From an uncultured Ignavibacteriaceae bacterium (lineage in GTDB: Bacteria; Bacteroidota; Ignavibacteria; Tepidaquicellales; Tepidaquicellaceae), in NCBI GenBank assembly GCA_964564635.1, contig CAZMAR010000002.1, positions 144,284 to 208,283 of the forward strand: a DNA stretch of 64,000 nt, written 5' to 3'. How positions within the stretch are numbered: the first letter of the stretch is position 1; the number at the start of each line of letters is the position of its first letter. Shown piece by piece: positions 40,772 to 50,954 of the stretch. A program made the translations under genes and the position numbers. Below the pieces are notes generated by a model. The model saw nothing but the letters and a program-made list of their open reading frames with translations. It made no database searches and was not told the DNA's origin.

Positions 40772-42706
40772 TTATTGGTTGTCAATCTCTATTAAATATT
40801 TACTTGCTTCTTCATTATAGGGGTCCAGTTCTAATACCTTTTGAAAATCATCTTTGGCTTCGCTGAAGCAAGAAGTTTTATAATATGCAACACCTCTCAG
40901 AAAGTATGCAGAAGAACAATTAGGAATGTATTTTAAAACTTCTGTGGATATGATTTTACATTCTTCGAAAAGAGATTTTTCTTCAAATAAAGCATAAATC
41001 TTAATATAAACTTTAACTTTCTCTTCTGAATCTGCAATAACTTTTGAAAAATATTTTACAGATTCATCATAAATTCCTTCTTTAAAAAGCAAATCTGCTA
41101 AGTATATATTTACAAGGTTGGACTTATAATGGTTTCTGTATTTATAGGCAATTTTTTCTGATTCGTTTACTAATATTTGTCTCCATTTTTCAGGGTCATT
41201 CTCATTTTCTTTTTGCTTTAGGGAAAGTCTTAATATTTCATACGCAATTTCCTCATCATATACTAATTTTAATGATTTTATTTTTTCTTCAAAATCAGTA
41301 GGAAATCTAAATACAGAACGGATTTTCTCGTTTTCATAGTAAACTTTAATATAATTATCAAAGAAATGTATAGGACCTAAAACCAGAGAGTTTTTTATAT
41401 TCTGTCTTCCCATTAATCTATCTAAAGTAAAGGTCATTTCAGTACCCATTGTATAAAACATAGCAAATCCTGATAGTCCTTCTCTAATGAGTGAGTCAAT
41501 CACTTCCTTTTTGCTATATTTAATTTCTTTGATAACTTTTTTGAAATATTGAAAATCTTTTTCCAACAGTGATAAGGGTCTGTTTTCCTCTGAAATCGGA
41601 GCAATATAATTTAAAATACCACCAGACTGCACCTCGTTTAAAATATATACTAAAGTTGAGTCTGAACCTCTAATTGTATAAGGAAGAATATTTGTATATA
41701 TCTGGTTTCTCCCTTTTAAAAATAGTTGCCGTGTAACATACTTAATAAGATTAAAATAATTCTCTCCAAAAGTTTCAACATTCACATAGGTTTCTTTATT
41801 AATTTGATTACTTAAGTAATTATCATAAACTTCAAATCCTAAAGAAAAATTTATTTTTGAATTTATACTAACTTCATAAGGTAACAATTGGAAGACTCTA
41901 TTTTTTATCTCAAAAGTAAGCAATTCTTCATCTCTTTTATATTTGTTAATTGCCTTTGCGATTTTTTCCTTATAAAGATATATTCCGCCCAAATTGCTGA
42001 AGGATGAGGGATTAATTACTTTATAGATGTTGTATAGAGGTGAATTGTTTATTGCGTATTGAAAACACAAATTTACTTTCTCTTTATCAAGTTTAAGATT
42101 CTTTGCATATTCAGGGAAATTATCTTCTATTATTTGATAATAATCAACATCTTTTTCATTCAATAAATTTAATATTAATTCAGCGTTAGAGTAATTATAT
42201 TTTAATTCGAAGGCAATATTTAAAGTATCAAATACATTTAAAAAAGGCTTTTTCTCCTTGTAAGATTTGGAGTTAAAAGGAGAACCCTTTTGAAGAGGTG
42301 CAAGTATATAAGCGGTATAAATTAATCCATTTAATGTATTGCTTGCGTCGAAATATGTAAAAGCGGATTCAAGCCTTTGCTTAAAATCTGTTGGCTTTAT
42401 CATTGAATCTAATTCTGCAATGTAAATTAATTCTTTAACCTGATCAAGAGACTCAAGAAGGGAAAGATTTTTAAACAGTATTCTTGCATCGGCTATATCA
42501 ATTGTTTTTTCTAATTCTTCAATTAGTCCTTTAGAGGTTGTGGAAACATCATAATTACCATAAATAAATTCAACCCATTCCCATTCTTTATTGAAATTAA
42601 AACCATAATATGGTTGAGTAAAAGATGAGTTTAAAAGTAAAAAAACAAAAAGAGTGGTTAACGATATTTTAAGAAAGTTAGTTTTTATATTAAAAATTGT
42701 TTTCAA
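40772..42706 (-). CDS. Hypothetical exported 644-aa protein with C-terminal TPR units
   Basis: Signal-peptide-like N-terminus and a C-terminal AYFLRGVAYYKTSCFSEAKDDFQKVLELDP TPR. The central region has no motif I recognise. Confidence 0.6.
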   Translation of the reverse strand: MKTIFNIKTNFLKISLTTLFVFLLLNSSFTQPYYGFNFNKEWEWVEFIYGNYDVSTTSKGLIEELEKTIDIADARILFKNLSLLESLDQVKELIYIAELDSMIKPTDFKQRLESAFTYFDASNTLNGLIYTAYILAPLQKGSPFNSKSYKEKKPFLNVFDTLNIAFELKYNYSNAELILNLLNEKDVDYYQIIEDNFPEYAKNLKLDKEKVNLCFQYAINNSPLYNIYKVINPSSFSNLGGIYLYKEKIAKAINKYKRDEELLTFEIKNRVFQLLPYEVSINSKINFSLGFEVYDNYLSNQINKETYVNVETFGENYFNLIKYVTRQLFLKGRNQIYTNILPYTIRGSDSTLVYILNEVQSGGILNYIAPISEENRPLSLLEKDFQYFKKVIKEIKYSKKEVIDSLIREGLSGFAMFYTMGTEMTFTLDRLMGRQNIKNSLVLGPIHFFDNYIKVYYENEKIRSVFRFPTDFEEKIKSLKLVYDEEIAYEILRLSLKQKENENDPEKWRQILVNESEKIAYKYRNHYKSNLVNIYLADLLFKEGIYDESVKYFSKVIADSEEKVKVYIKIYALFEEKSLFEECKIISTEVLKYIPNCSSAYFLRGVAYYKTSCFSEAKDDFQKVLELDPYNEEASKYLIEIDNQ

Positions 42707-42712
42707 AGTAAA

Positions 42713-42979
42713 TTACTCAATTTTTGTAATTAGTCCAATTTCCTTTAAAACATCATCAATTCTTTTCAACTCATGATATTCACCTGATTTAACAACTGCC
42801 TTTCCCGTTGTATGTGCAATCATTGCTATCTGTTCACAATGAAGAATGTCAAAACCTGTGGCTTTCATGAGTTGAAGAACTACATCCTCCCAGTAATGTT
42901 CGGAGTTGAACAAGATTAATCTTCTTAAAATATCAGTTTCATCATCTCGAATTATTTGTTCTTTTTCTTTTTCAGACAT
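42713..42979 (-). CDS. clpS: ATP-dependent Clp protease adaptor ClpS
   Basis: 88 aa. LILFNSEHYWEDVVLQLMKATG...AMIAHTTGKAVV follows the ClpS core pattern (V.L.ND..T....V...L...........A......H..G.A.V). Confidence 0.75.
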   Translation of the reverse strand: MSEKEKEQIIRDDETDILRRLILFNSEHYWEDVVLQLMKATGFDILHCEQIAMIAHTTGKAVVKSGEYHELKRIDDVLKEIGLITKIE

Positions 42980-42989
42980 TGGGTATTAA

Positions 42990-44255
42990 TTAATTTCTGG
43001 AAAACATACATAAAAGTTCACATATTCTATCTTGCTTCTTCCGAAAGAACGAAGTATTTTCCTTCTTAAATCCATTCATTGCAATATAAAAAATTAAAAG
43101 CTCATTGTCTCGGGAAATTGCATACCCAGCAAGAGTACTTACATAATTTAAAGTTCCGGTTTTTGCATAAACATTGTGTTCCGCTTCAGTATTTTTCATT
43201 CTTTTTGATAAAGTCCCATCAACTCCTGCAATAGAAAGCGAATTCATAAATGTATCAAAAATATCTACCTGGTCATACATAAATTTTAATAATTTTGTTA
43301 TTGAACTTGAAGTAACCATATTGTACCTCGATAATCCAGAGCCCTCTAAAATCTCGTATGAATTTCTATTTATTCCAATACTATTAAGAAAATCTATAAT
43401 TACCTCAGTCCCTTTTTTTAAACTTCCCGGAGGAGATTTAATTTCTGCACCTAAAACTTTATAAACTGTAATTGCTGATTGATTATCACTGGGTTTATTC
43501 ATATTTGAAATTACTTCATTTATTGGTCTAAGAAATCTTACAAGTACTTTTAATGATTCAGGGGTTGTACCTGGAATAACAATGCCTTTAAACTCAATAT
43601 TTAATGATGTAATTTCTTTAATTAAATAAGTAGCAGCATAGAACGCCGGATTTTTCGAAGTGCTATTTTTATCTATGCTCAGAGCTGTTACATAGGGCCA
43701 GTATTTAGGGTCTGTATCAGAAGTATAAACACCGGCTAAGGAACTATAATTATCATCAAGAAATGATTCGTCATAAATAAGATTACCTGTAATTTCTCTT
43801 ATATTTAGTTTGGAAAGATGCTCAGCCATCTCGGTAATATCATAAGAGGACAGGTCGGGGTCACCATATCCTTTTAAATATATATTCCCATTAATAACAC
43901 CATCGTTGATATTATTATCATCTGTATAAATTATCGTCTTAAAATTATAACCCAATCCAAGTTTTACAAAAGCAGCAGCAGAAGTAATTAGTTTTGTAAC
44001 AGAAGCAGGAATCATTTTTGCATCTGGATTATACTGATAAAGTATATCACTTTTAGAAGCACTAATTACAGAAACAGAAATTTCACAATTTAAATCACTA
44101 ATGGTGCTGTCAATTTTTGCCCTGAGTTGTTGTAAAGAAATCTGAGCAAAACTGTTGCTAATAAAAAATAATAAGATAGCAAATAGAAAAATCTTGCTTT
44201 TAATTTTTAAATAAGGTAACCCTTTATCTAAGAATTTTTGTTTTAATAATATCAT
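42990..44255 (-). CDS. dacB: D-alanyl-D-alanine carboxypeptidase/endopeptidase (PBP4, peptidase S13)
   Basis: PASVTKL (SxxK), EGSGLSRYN (SxN) and KTGTL (KTG), plus a signal peptide. Confidence 0.85.
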   Translation of the reverse strand: MILLKQKFLDKGLPYLKIKSKIFLFAILLFFISNSFAQISLQQLRAKIDSTISDLNCEISVSVISASKSDILYQYNPDAKMIPASVTKLITSAAAFVKLGLGYNFKTIIYTDDNNINDGVINGNIYLKGYGDPDLSSYDITEMAEHLSKLNIREITGNLIYDESFLDDNYSSLAGVYTSDTDPKYWPYVTALSIDKNSTSKNPAFYAATYLIKEITSLNIEFKGIVIPGTTPESLKVLVRFLRPINEVISNMNKPSDNQSAITVYKVLGAEIKSPPGSLKKGTEVIIDFLNSIGINRNSYEILEGSGLSRYNMVTSSSITKLLKFMYDQVDIFDTFMNSLSIAGVDGTLSKRMKNTEAEHNVYAKTGTLNYVSTLAGYAISRDNELLIFYIAMNGFKKENTSFFRKKQDRICELLCMFSRN

Positions 44256-44694
44256 ATGCTTTTTTTAGTAATTCTTTAGCTTTATCGTATGTAATAAGAT
44301 TTAATGCTTCATTAAATTGACACCAGCAATAATTAGTAATTTCTTTTTCATCAATTTTTATATCGGGATATTCGGAATCTTTATTCTGAAAATCAAGTTC
44401 TCCAATAAAATAATAATTAGTCTTATCTACTTGTGAATCTTTAATTATATAATTTTCTGATAATATTAATTCATCGGTATTATTACTATTAAATTTAAGG
44501 ATTTTAATATCTTTTAATCCTGTTTCTTCTTCAACTTCTCTTATTGCTGCTGATTTTATGTCTTCTCCATCTTCAATATGTCCTTTTGGAAATGCCCAAT
44601 GACCCTTTTTGTGCTTTACTAATAAGAATTTTACATCGCTATTTTTTTCATCAAAAAAATATATTATAATTCCGGCTGAGTATTCCCTTTTCAT
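44224..44694 (-). CDS. NUDIX hydrolase
   Basis: Nudix box GHWAFPKGHIEDGEDIKSAAIREVEEETGL. The 3' end overlaps the dacB-like start by 32 nt. Confidence 0.85.
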   Translation of the reverse strand: MKREYSAGIIIYFFDEKNSDVKFLLVKHKKGHWAFPKGHIEDGEDIKSAAIREVEEETGLKDIKILKFNSNNTDELILSENYIIKDSQVDKTNYYFIGELDFQNKDSEYPDIKIDEKEITNYCWCQFNEALNLITYDKAKELLKKAYDIIKTKILR

Positions 44695-44758
44695 AGTATA
44701 TAATTCATCTTGAAATTAAAAATTATCAATATATTTTAAAATGAAAGAAATTAATTTC

Positions 44759-45535
44759 TTATAATGATTTTGTTCTATTCCAGATTTTATCCATTTCCTC
44801 AAGGGAAATATCTTTCAAATCTAAATTATTACTATTTGCGTATTTTTCAATTTCGCTAAACCTGTATATAAATTTTTCTATTGTCTTTCTTAATGCATCT
44901 TCAGGATTTATTTTGAGAAACCGTGCATAATTTACAAGAGCAAAAAGAACATCTCCAAATTCTTCTTCTAATTCTTTCGAAACTTGTTTTTTATCAGTTT
45001 CCTTTTGTTTCTTTTCTACTACAGATTTTAATTCATTTATTTCCTCGAGAATTTTTTCATACACAGGTTCAATATTACTCCAATCAAAGCCTACTTTCGA
45101 AGCTTTTTCCTGAATCCTGTAAGCTCTAAATAATGCAGGTAATTCTTTGGGCACACCATCAAGAACAGAATTACGACCTTCCTTTTTCTTTATTGCTTCC
45201 CAGTTTCTTTTTACCTCTTCACTGCTTTCAACTTTAACATCACCAAAAATATGGGGATGTCGGGAAATCAATTTTTTAGTCTCTTCTGCTAAAACATCTT
45301 CCAAAGTGAATTCCTTATTTTCTTCTGCAATTACACTATGAAATATTGCCTGTAGGAGTAAATCACCTAATTCCTTTTTTAGTTCCTCTGTATCGTTTAA
45401 ATCAATTGCTTCTAAAACCTCGTAAGATTCTTCTAAAAGACATCTTCTTAAACTTTCGTGCGTTTGCTCTTTATCCCATGGGCATTCACTGCGAAGTTTT
45501 TTTACAATTTCAACGAGTCTATAAAATTCCTCCAT
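44759..45535 (-). CDS. mazG: Nucleoside triphosphate pyrophosphohydrolase MazG
   Basis: Tandem MazG domains (CPWDKEQTHESL...EESYEVLEAI and EEFGDVLFALVNYARF). Confidence 0.9.
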   Translation of the reverse strand: MEEFYRLVEIVKKLRSECPWDKEQTHESLRRCLLEESYEVLEAIDLNDTEELKKELGDLLLQAIFHSVIAEENKEFTLEDVLAEETKKLISRHPHIFGDVKVESSEEVKRNWEAIKKKEGRNSVLDGVPKELPALFRAYRIQEKASKVGFDWSNIEPVYEKILEEINELKSVVEKKQKETDKKQVSKELEEEFGDVLFALVNYARFLKINPEDALRKTIEKFIYRFSEIEKYANSNNLDLKDISLEEMDKIWNRTKSL

Positions 45536-45583
45536 AATATCCAGATGTTAAAATCAAAAAAATTAATTTTTCAATTAAAAATT

Positions 45584-47008
45584 TTATTTTAATTGCTCTA
45601 CATAATTCAGGTGAAACTTCCTAATTTTAGAAACAAGTTCTTCCATATCTTCTTTTGGAGGTAAAAAAGTTGTTCTAAAATGTAAGGTACCGGGTAATTG
45701 TCCAAAACCTGAGCCTGGCACAACGCATATACCCGTCTCTTCAAGTAATGATAAACAATAAGCTGAGTCACGACTGGCTTCATATTTTATTCTTTCTTCT
45801 TCAGACATTTTTTCTAAATCAATTCCCTTTTCTTGGGGTAATTCGAATTTTACAAAAGCATACATTGCCCCCTGAGGAAATTCACATTTCATTCCTGGAA
45901 TAGAATTTATTCCCTCTCCAAGAATTCGTGCTTTATCCTTCAGGTCGTTAAGGATTGAATTTCTTTCTTTCATATAAAGTTCATAACTCTCATCACCTGG
46001 TTGTGGAGGAGAAACCATCAGGTAAGTTGCAATTTGTCCCACCACATTGGAGCATAAACTTATTGACTGTAATTTAATAAATTGATCTAAAACATCATCG
46101 GGAATATGCCTTAATTCAAAATATCCAGCTCTGTGACCACATTCACCATAAAATCCTTTTGACATTGAATGGAAACTAAATAATGGCACATTTGTCTTTT
46201 TCATATCATTCATAACTTTTGCAAAAGAATAAAATTTGCAATTTTCATCGTAAATATTTTCTTGATATACCTCGTCAGCTAATATTGATAAATTATACTT
46301 TTCTGCAAAGTTAATAATCATTTGAATGTTGTCATAACTGAGTACTGCACCTGTTGGATTACCAGGATTTATAACCACGATTGCAACCGGATTAATATTT
46401 TTTTCTCGAGCTTTTTCTATACTTTTGGTAAGAATTTTTTCATTCAATAGCCAATGATTATTTTCATCCAGATAGTAATCAATTTGCTTTCCACCATAAA
46501 GTGTTAAGGTTGCACTGTAAAGTGGATATTGTGGAATGGGGATTAAAACACCATCGTTTTCATTTTTCAATAATGCGAAGAGAACAGATTGAACGCCTTT
46601 GCTCGCTCCATCAGTTAAAATTATTCTATTTTTATCTACTGGTATAGAATCTCTTTTTGAAATAAAATTGGCTACAGCTTCTCTAACAAAAGGTATTCCA
46701 GCACTTTGCGAATATGCTCCTACCCCTTCTGGTATTTGAGTAAGTATATACTTCGCTCTTCTGATGCTATCGGGATGGAACCCCTTTTGATAATCAGGAT
46801 TCTCTAAAAGTTTAGGAAATTCAACCAGGCTTAATACCTCTCTTACATATGTCAACGGTTTTTGTTTAAGAGCTTGTGGATTTCCAATATTACAATAAAT
46901 AATTTTTCTCCCTTCTGCTTCAAGCTGTTGTGCTCTAATTACAATTTTACCTCTTACGGCATACTGAGCTTCAAGTAATTTTTTATTTAAGTTATTTATT
47001 TGTATCAT
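45584..47008 (-). CDS. Class I/II PLP-dependent aminotransferase, alanine aminotransferase (ALT)-like
   Basis: 474 aa with NPGNPTG and SKGFYGECGHRAGY (PLP lysine context typical of ALT-type enzymes). Confidence 0.85.
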   Translation of the reverse strand: MIQINNLNKKLLEAQYAVRGKIVIRAQQLEAEGRKIIYCNIGNPQALKQKPLTYVREVLSLVEFPKLLENPDYQKGFHPDSIRRAKYILTQIPEGVGAYSQSAGIPFVREAVANFISKRDSIPVDKNRIILTDGASKGVQSVLFALLKNENDGVLIPIPQYPLYSATLTLYGGKQIDYYLDENNHWLLNEKILTKSIEKAREKNINPVAIVVINPGNPTGAVLSYDNIQMIINFAEKYNLSILADEVYQENIYDENCKFYSFAKVMNDMKKTNVPLFSFHSMSKGFYGECGHRAGYFELRHIPDDVLDQFIKLQSISLCSNVVGQIATYLMVSPPQPGDESYELYMKERNSILNDLKDKARILGEGINSIPGMKCEFPQGAMYAFVKFELPQEKGIDLEKMSEEERIKYEASRDSAYCLSLLEETGICVVPGSGFGQLPGTLHFRTTFLPPKEDMEELVSKIRKFHLNYVEQLK

Positions 47009-47257
47009 ATATATGAAATTAATTATTAGTAACTAAATAAAATATGTTTTCTTTTCAAGATAAGAAATGTTAAAAATTCGTTAAAAATTTTCTCCCTCCC
47101 TTAGTAAAAAATAAACAGTGATGTTGTTATAAAAGTGAATATTAATATTTTATGTAATAATAATTAAAAGATTATAAAAGCTTTTTAAAACTACTTGTTA
47201 CTTTTACCTAAGTTTAGTAAAATATTTTAAAAAAAGAGTTATTTTATTTAAATTATA

Positions 47258-47815
47258 TTAAAATGAGAATTTTTTTATTTCTTTATATATTGATCCGTCA
47301 GGGGTAAGTGTACTCTGCATTAAAGAAAATGAGTTAGCTTTAAATTCAAAATCGCAATTAATATTCTTAAAATCAATTTCAGGCGGAAATTTTATCTGTC
47401 TTTTTACTCTACCAAGAGTTATGTGGTTATGAAATTTTTTGTCAGGTAAAAAGCCAAGTTGTTCCAGTTTATTACATATATTGGTATGTAAGATTTTCAA
47501 CCAATTATTTTCATCAATCAAATCAACAAAAATCACCCGAGGATATGAAAAATCCGGAAATGCATTAATGTTTTTCCCTTTTATTATTCCTTCTTTAACA
47601 TCTAATTTTATACTTTCTAATGAAACAATAATTTCCTTTAATTTAAATTCGGAAACTTCTCCTATAAAAAATATTGTAATATGAAGATTTTCATCTTTTT
47701 CCCACTTTATATATAAATTATTAATATGAGATGTAATTTCTTTAACCTGATTTCTGATAGTGATTATTTTTTTCTTAATTTCTGGTAATAAATTTACAGA
47801 AAGAAAAAGCCTCAT
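47258..47815 (-). CDS. thpR: RNA 2',3'-cyclic phosphodiesterase (2H phosphoesterase, LigT/ThpR)
   Basis: Two H-x-T motifs (LHITIFFIGE and HITLGR) at the expected spacing. Confidence 0.82.
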   Translation of the reverse strand: MRLFLSVNLLPEIKKKIITIRNQVKEITSHINNLYIKWEKDENLHITIFFIGEVSEFKLKEIIVSLESIKLDVKEGIIKGKNINAFPDFSYPRVIFVDLIDENNWLKILHTNICNKLEQLGFLPDKKFHNHITLGRVKRQIKFPPEIDFKNINCDFEFKANSFSLMQSTLTPDGSIYKEIKKFSF

Positions 47816-47841
47816 AGTAATAGCGTAATATTTTGTGTTAA

Positions 47842-49458
47842 TTAATCTCCAAGTTGGATAATTTCCAGGTATAATTCTCTTTTTTTAGCTTTATCCTCTT
47901 CTTTATATGCGTATATCTCCCTTAATTCTATATAATATAATAATGCTTCCATTTTCCTTTTTTCTTTAACAGCAATCATTCCTAACATATAAAATAAATC
48001 TATATATTCACTTCCATAAAAATAACCACCTTCTTTCGAAAAACCAATTTCCAATCCTTTGGTCAGGTATTTTTTAGATTCTTTGTAATTCTTTTTATAA
48101 TCATAATAAATTTTTCCTAATCTTATATAAGCCCCTATATAAGTTGAGTCTTTTTTTAATAAATACCTATATTTCTCTATTGCTTTATCGTAATCTTTCA
48201 TTTCTTCATAAAGATTTGCTACCTGAAAGTAACTAAGGTAATCAGTGGAATCTGCTTTAATCATTTTTTCATAAAATGTAATTGCTTGTTTATAATCCTT
48301 GGATTTAGTATAACCCTCTGCAAGAGTAGAGGAAAGTGTATTTAAAAGACTATCAGAATCAAATTTCTCTCTAATCTGTTTGTAAAGCTCTTCTGCTTTT
48401 GAATAATTTTCTGTATATACTAACAATGCTAAATAGTCTCTATAAATATCAAAAGTATCAGGCTTTAATTCGAGGCACTTAGTGTAATACATTTCTGCTT
48501 TGTGAAGATTTAACTTATTTATGGAGTCTTGTTTTACGATAAAAGAGTCCAGAGTTTTCATTGTATCTTTTTGTTTAGTGTAGAACCAGTTGTCAATAAC
48601 CTTATAATAATAGTTACTTGCAAGCCTATAATTTCTTTTAAAAAGTTCTTCTTTACGCTTTTGTTTTAATTCTTCTTCTTTTTGGATATCCGTTATATTA
48701 AGTGATTCTATCAGGTTTTTAAGTGAATTTATTCCAACAGCAAAATTTAAGTTACCATAATAACCATATGTATAAGTTGTAATCCCAATAACTTCTCCTT
48801 TTCCATTAAACAAAGGTCCTCCACTATTACCTGGAGAAATAGCAGCCGTAATTTGAATTACTTTATCAAAGATTTTTTCTTCTTGTCCTCCGATATCATA
48901 ATCTGCAAATTTAACTTTCTCATCTTTTCTTATACCTGCAATAATACCGTCAGAAATTGTATATTCAAATCCCATTGGACTACCAATACAATAAACATTA
49001 TGTCCAATTTTGGCACTATCAGAATTACCAAGAGTAACTATTGAAAATTGTTCTTCGTTGGGACTAATAATTTTCAAAATTGCTATATCATTTTTAAAGT
49101 CTATAGCTACAACTTCTGCAGGGTAAAGTTTACCATCATACATTTTTACAATAAGGGAGTCGTAACTTTCTATTACATGATTGTTTGTTGCTACTAAGCC
49201 TTCGGAGGAAAGAATAAAACCACTTCCGCTTAATAGTATTGTGTCTTTTTCTATGAATTCCCAGTTTTCATAATACCCTTCTGCAACATACCAGATTGAA
49301 ACAATAGCATATTTATTTTTTTCAAAAATTTCTTCCGCTGTAAGTTCGTCATCTCCGGGGCGAGGACCAGATTGCTTTAAAAGTTGATTATCCTGAGAAA
49401 TTCCTGAGGTTGTAAATAATAATAATGTTAATAGAAAGAGAATAATTTTTTTATTCAT
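47842..49458 (-). CDS. Secreted trypsin-like (S1C) serine protease fused to a C-terminal TPR array
   Basis: Signal peptide with a catalytic triad context ATNNHVI / NDIAILKI / SPGNSGGPLF. There is no PDZ domain. About 270 aa of TPR-like repeats follow. Confidence 0.8.
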   Translation of the reverse strand: MNKKIILFLLTLLLFTTSGISQDNQLLKQSGPRPGDDELTAEEIFEKNKYAIVSIWYVAEGYYENWEFIEKDTILLSGSGFILSSEGLVATNNHVIESYDSLIVKMYDGKLYPAEVVAIDFKNDIAILKIISPNEEQFSIVTLGNSDSAKIGHNVYCIGSPMGFEYTISDGIIAGIRKDEKVKFADYDIGGQEEKIFDKVIQITAAISPGNSGGPLFNGKGEVIGITTYTYGYYGNLNFAVGINSLKNLIESLNITDIQKEEELKQKRKEELFKRNYRLASNYYYKVIDNWFYTKQKDTMKTLDSFIVKQDSINKLNLHKAEMYYTKCLELKPDTFDIYRDYLALLVYTENYSKAEELYKQIREKFDSDSLLNTLSSTLAEGYTKSKDYKQAITFYEKMIKADSTDYLSYFQVANLYEEMKDYDKAIEKYRYLLKKDSTYIGAYIRLGKIYYDYKKNYKESKKYLTKGLEIGFSKEGGYFYGSEYIDLFYMLGMIAVKEKRKMEALLYYIELREIYAYKEEDKAKKRELYLEIIQLGD

Positions 49459-49613
49459 AACAAATGCCCTTTTAATGTGTAATACTGCACAAAAATGGAA
49501 TTTTTATATTTTTAATTTATGTATATTTCTTTTAAAATAAAATATAAACAACGTTTTAGTGTAAATTAATGGTAATGAACCTTTATTAAAATCACCGCTG
49601 AATATAAAACCTT

Positions 49614-50234
49614 CTATTTAACCTTGTGAAAATAACAAATAATTTTATAACTAACAAAAGAATAAAAAGGAGCAACTAAAACATCTATACTATAATGTGC
49701 TTTTTGAATTACAAGCAGAAAGGCTATAATTATAGTAAGAATTAAAAAAAATACCTTAAGATATTTTTTTCTTGCGCAAAGAAAAATTAAAAATATGGTT
49801 GAAGTATGTCCGGAAAAAAATAAATCTTTTGTGATTTTAGTTCCTGTTCCTAATACAAAAACAAGTGGGTCTTGTAAATCAATTGTACCTAAAGGAGGAT
49901 TTAAGGGAACAAGAAACATAGAAACAATCCTGAATAACACAACAAGAATATAAGATTGTATACCAATAATAAAAAACAAAGGGTAATTTGTAAGGTGAAT
50001 TAATCCTAAAATTATGGAAGAATAAATTAATATGAAGATTAAACTATTTAAATTAACCGCATTAAAATAATGAAATACTGGATCATCAAGAATAGTTCCT
50101 TCTCTTGATTCGATATATAGTAAATACTTTGAGAATAAAAAAAGTGTTATTAATAAAGCAATAAAGGTAATAATCAGTGTAATTTTCTTTTCTTTGTTTG
50201 ATAAGAAATCTTTCCACTTATTTATAGTATTCAT
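49614..50234 (-). CDS. Polytopic membrane protein of the PAP2_C / sphingomyelin-synthase-like phosphotransferase family
   Basis: FFSGHTS (SMS motif D3) and AHYSIDVLVAPFYSFVSYKIICYFH (motif D4, HYxxDV...F..YH), with about 6 hydrophobic helices. Confidence 0.65.
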   Translation of the reverse strand: MNTINKWKDFLSNKEKKITLIITFIALLITLFLFSKYLLYIESREGTILDDPVFHYFNAVNLNSLIFILIYSSIILGLIHLTNYPLFFIIGIQSYILVVLFRIVSMFLVPLNPPLGTIDLQDPLVFVLGTGTKITKDLFFSGHTSTIFLIFLCARKKYLKVFFLILTIIIAFLLVIQKAHYSIDVLVAPFYSFVSYKIICYFHKVK

Positions 50235-50252
50235 ATATATAAATTAAGAATG

Positions 50253-50954
50253 TTAATTTTTACTAAATTTATTAAAGTCTTCGTCAGAAAAATCCTCATA
50301 ACTTACTTCGTCAAAACCTTCTTCCTGGGAAGCTTCTTCCTCCCATTGATATTTTACTTCATAGTCATCAAAGTTTCTGAAAATAATTGCACAAATAAGC
50401 CCGACTAAAAAGCCAGCAAGATGTGACTCAAAAGAAATTTCTGGTTTTGTGGGTAAAATCCCCCAAACTAATCCACCATATAAAAAAGTAACAAGTAGAG
50501 AAATTGCAATTGCTTTTGTTTCTTTTCTAAAGATTCCTAAAAAAAATAAATAAGACAAATAGCCATAAAGAAGCCCACTTGAACCAATGTGATATGCCTG
50601 TCTTCCGAAGAGCCAGACGGAAAGTCCGGTTGCAAGCCATATAATTATGGAAACATATAATGCAGATTTTTTATAGGAATAGAATAATGTAAACATTAAT
50701 ATAAAAAGTGTGCCCGTATTAGAAATTAAATGTGAAAAATCTGAATGAAGCAACGGTGCAGTAATGATCCCTGTTATTCCATATAATTTTCTTGGGTAAA
50801 TTCCTGCTTGATAAAATTCAATTTTAAAAATAGATTCAATTATTTTTATCAACCAGAGTATAACGATAAATAAAAAGGTTGAAATAAAAACTTTAAGTGC
50901 TCTTTTTTCGCTGATATCTCCTTCTTTATACATCAAAAAAGAATTTTGCGTCAA
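50253..50954 (-). CDS. Rhomboid-family intramembrane serine protease
   Basis: HIGSSGLLYG (GxSG catalytic Ser) and SHLAGFLVG (catalytic His) in a multi-TM protein with an acidic C-terminal tail. The TTG start overlaps the feoB stop (TTGA). An alternative ATG lies 7 codons in. Confidence 0.85.
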   Translation of the reverse strand: MTQNSFLMYKEGDISEKRALKVFISTFLFIVILWLIKIIESIFKIEFYQAGIYPRKLYGITGIITAPLLHSDFSHLISNTGTLFILMFTLFYSYKKSALYVSIIIWLATGLSVWLFGRQAYHIGSSGLLYGYLSYLFFLGIFRKETKAIAISLLVTFLYGGLVWGILPTKPEISFESHLAGFLVGLICAIIFRNFDDYEVKYQWEEEASQEEGFDEVSYEDFSDEDFNKFSKN

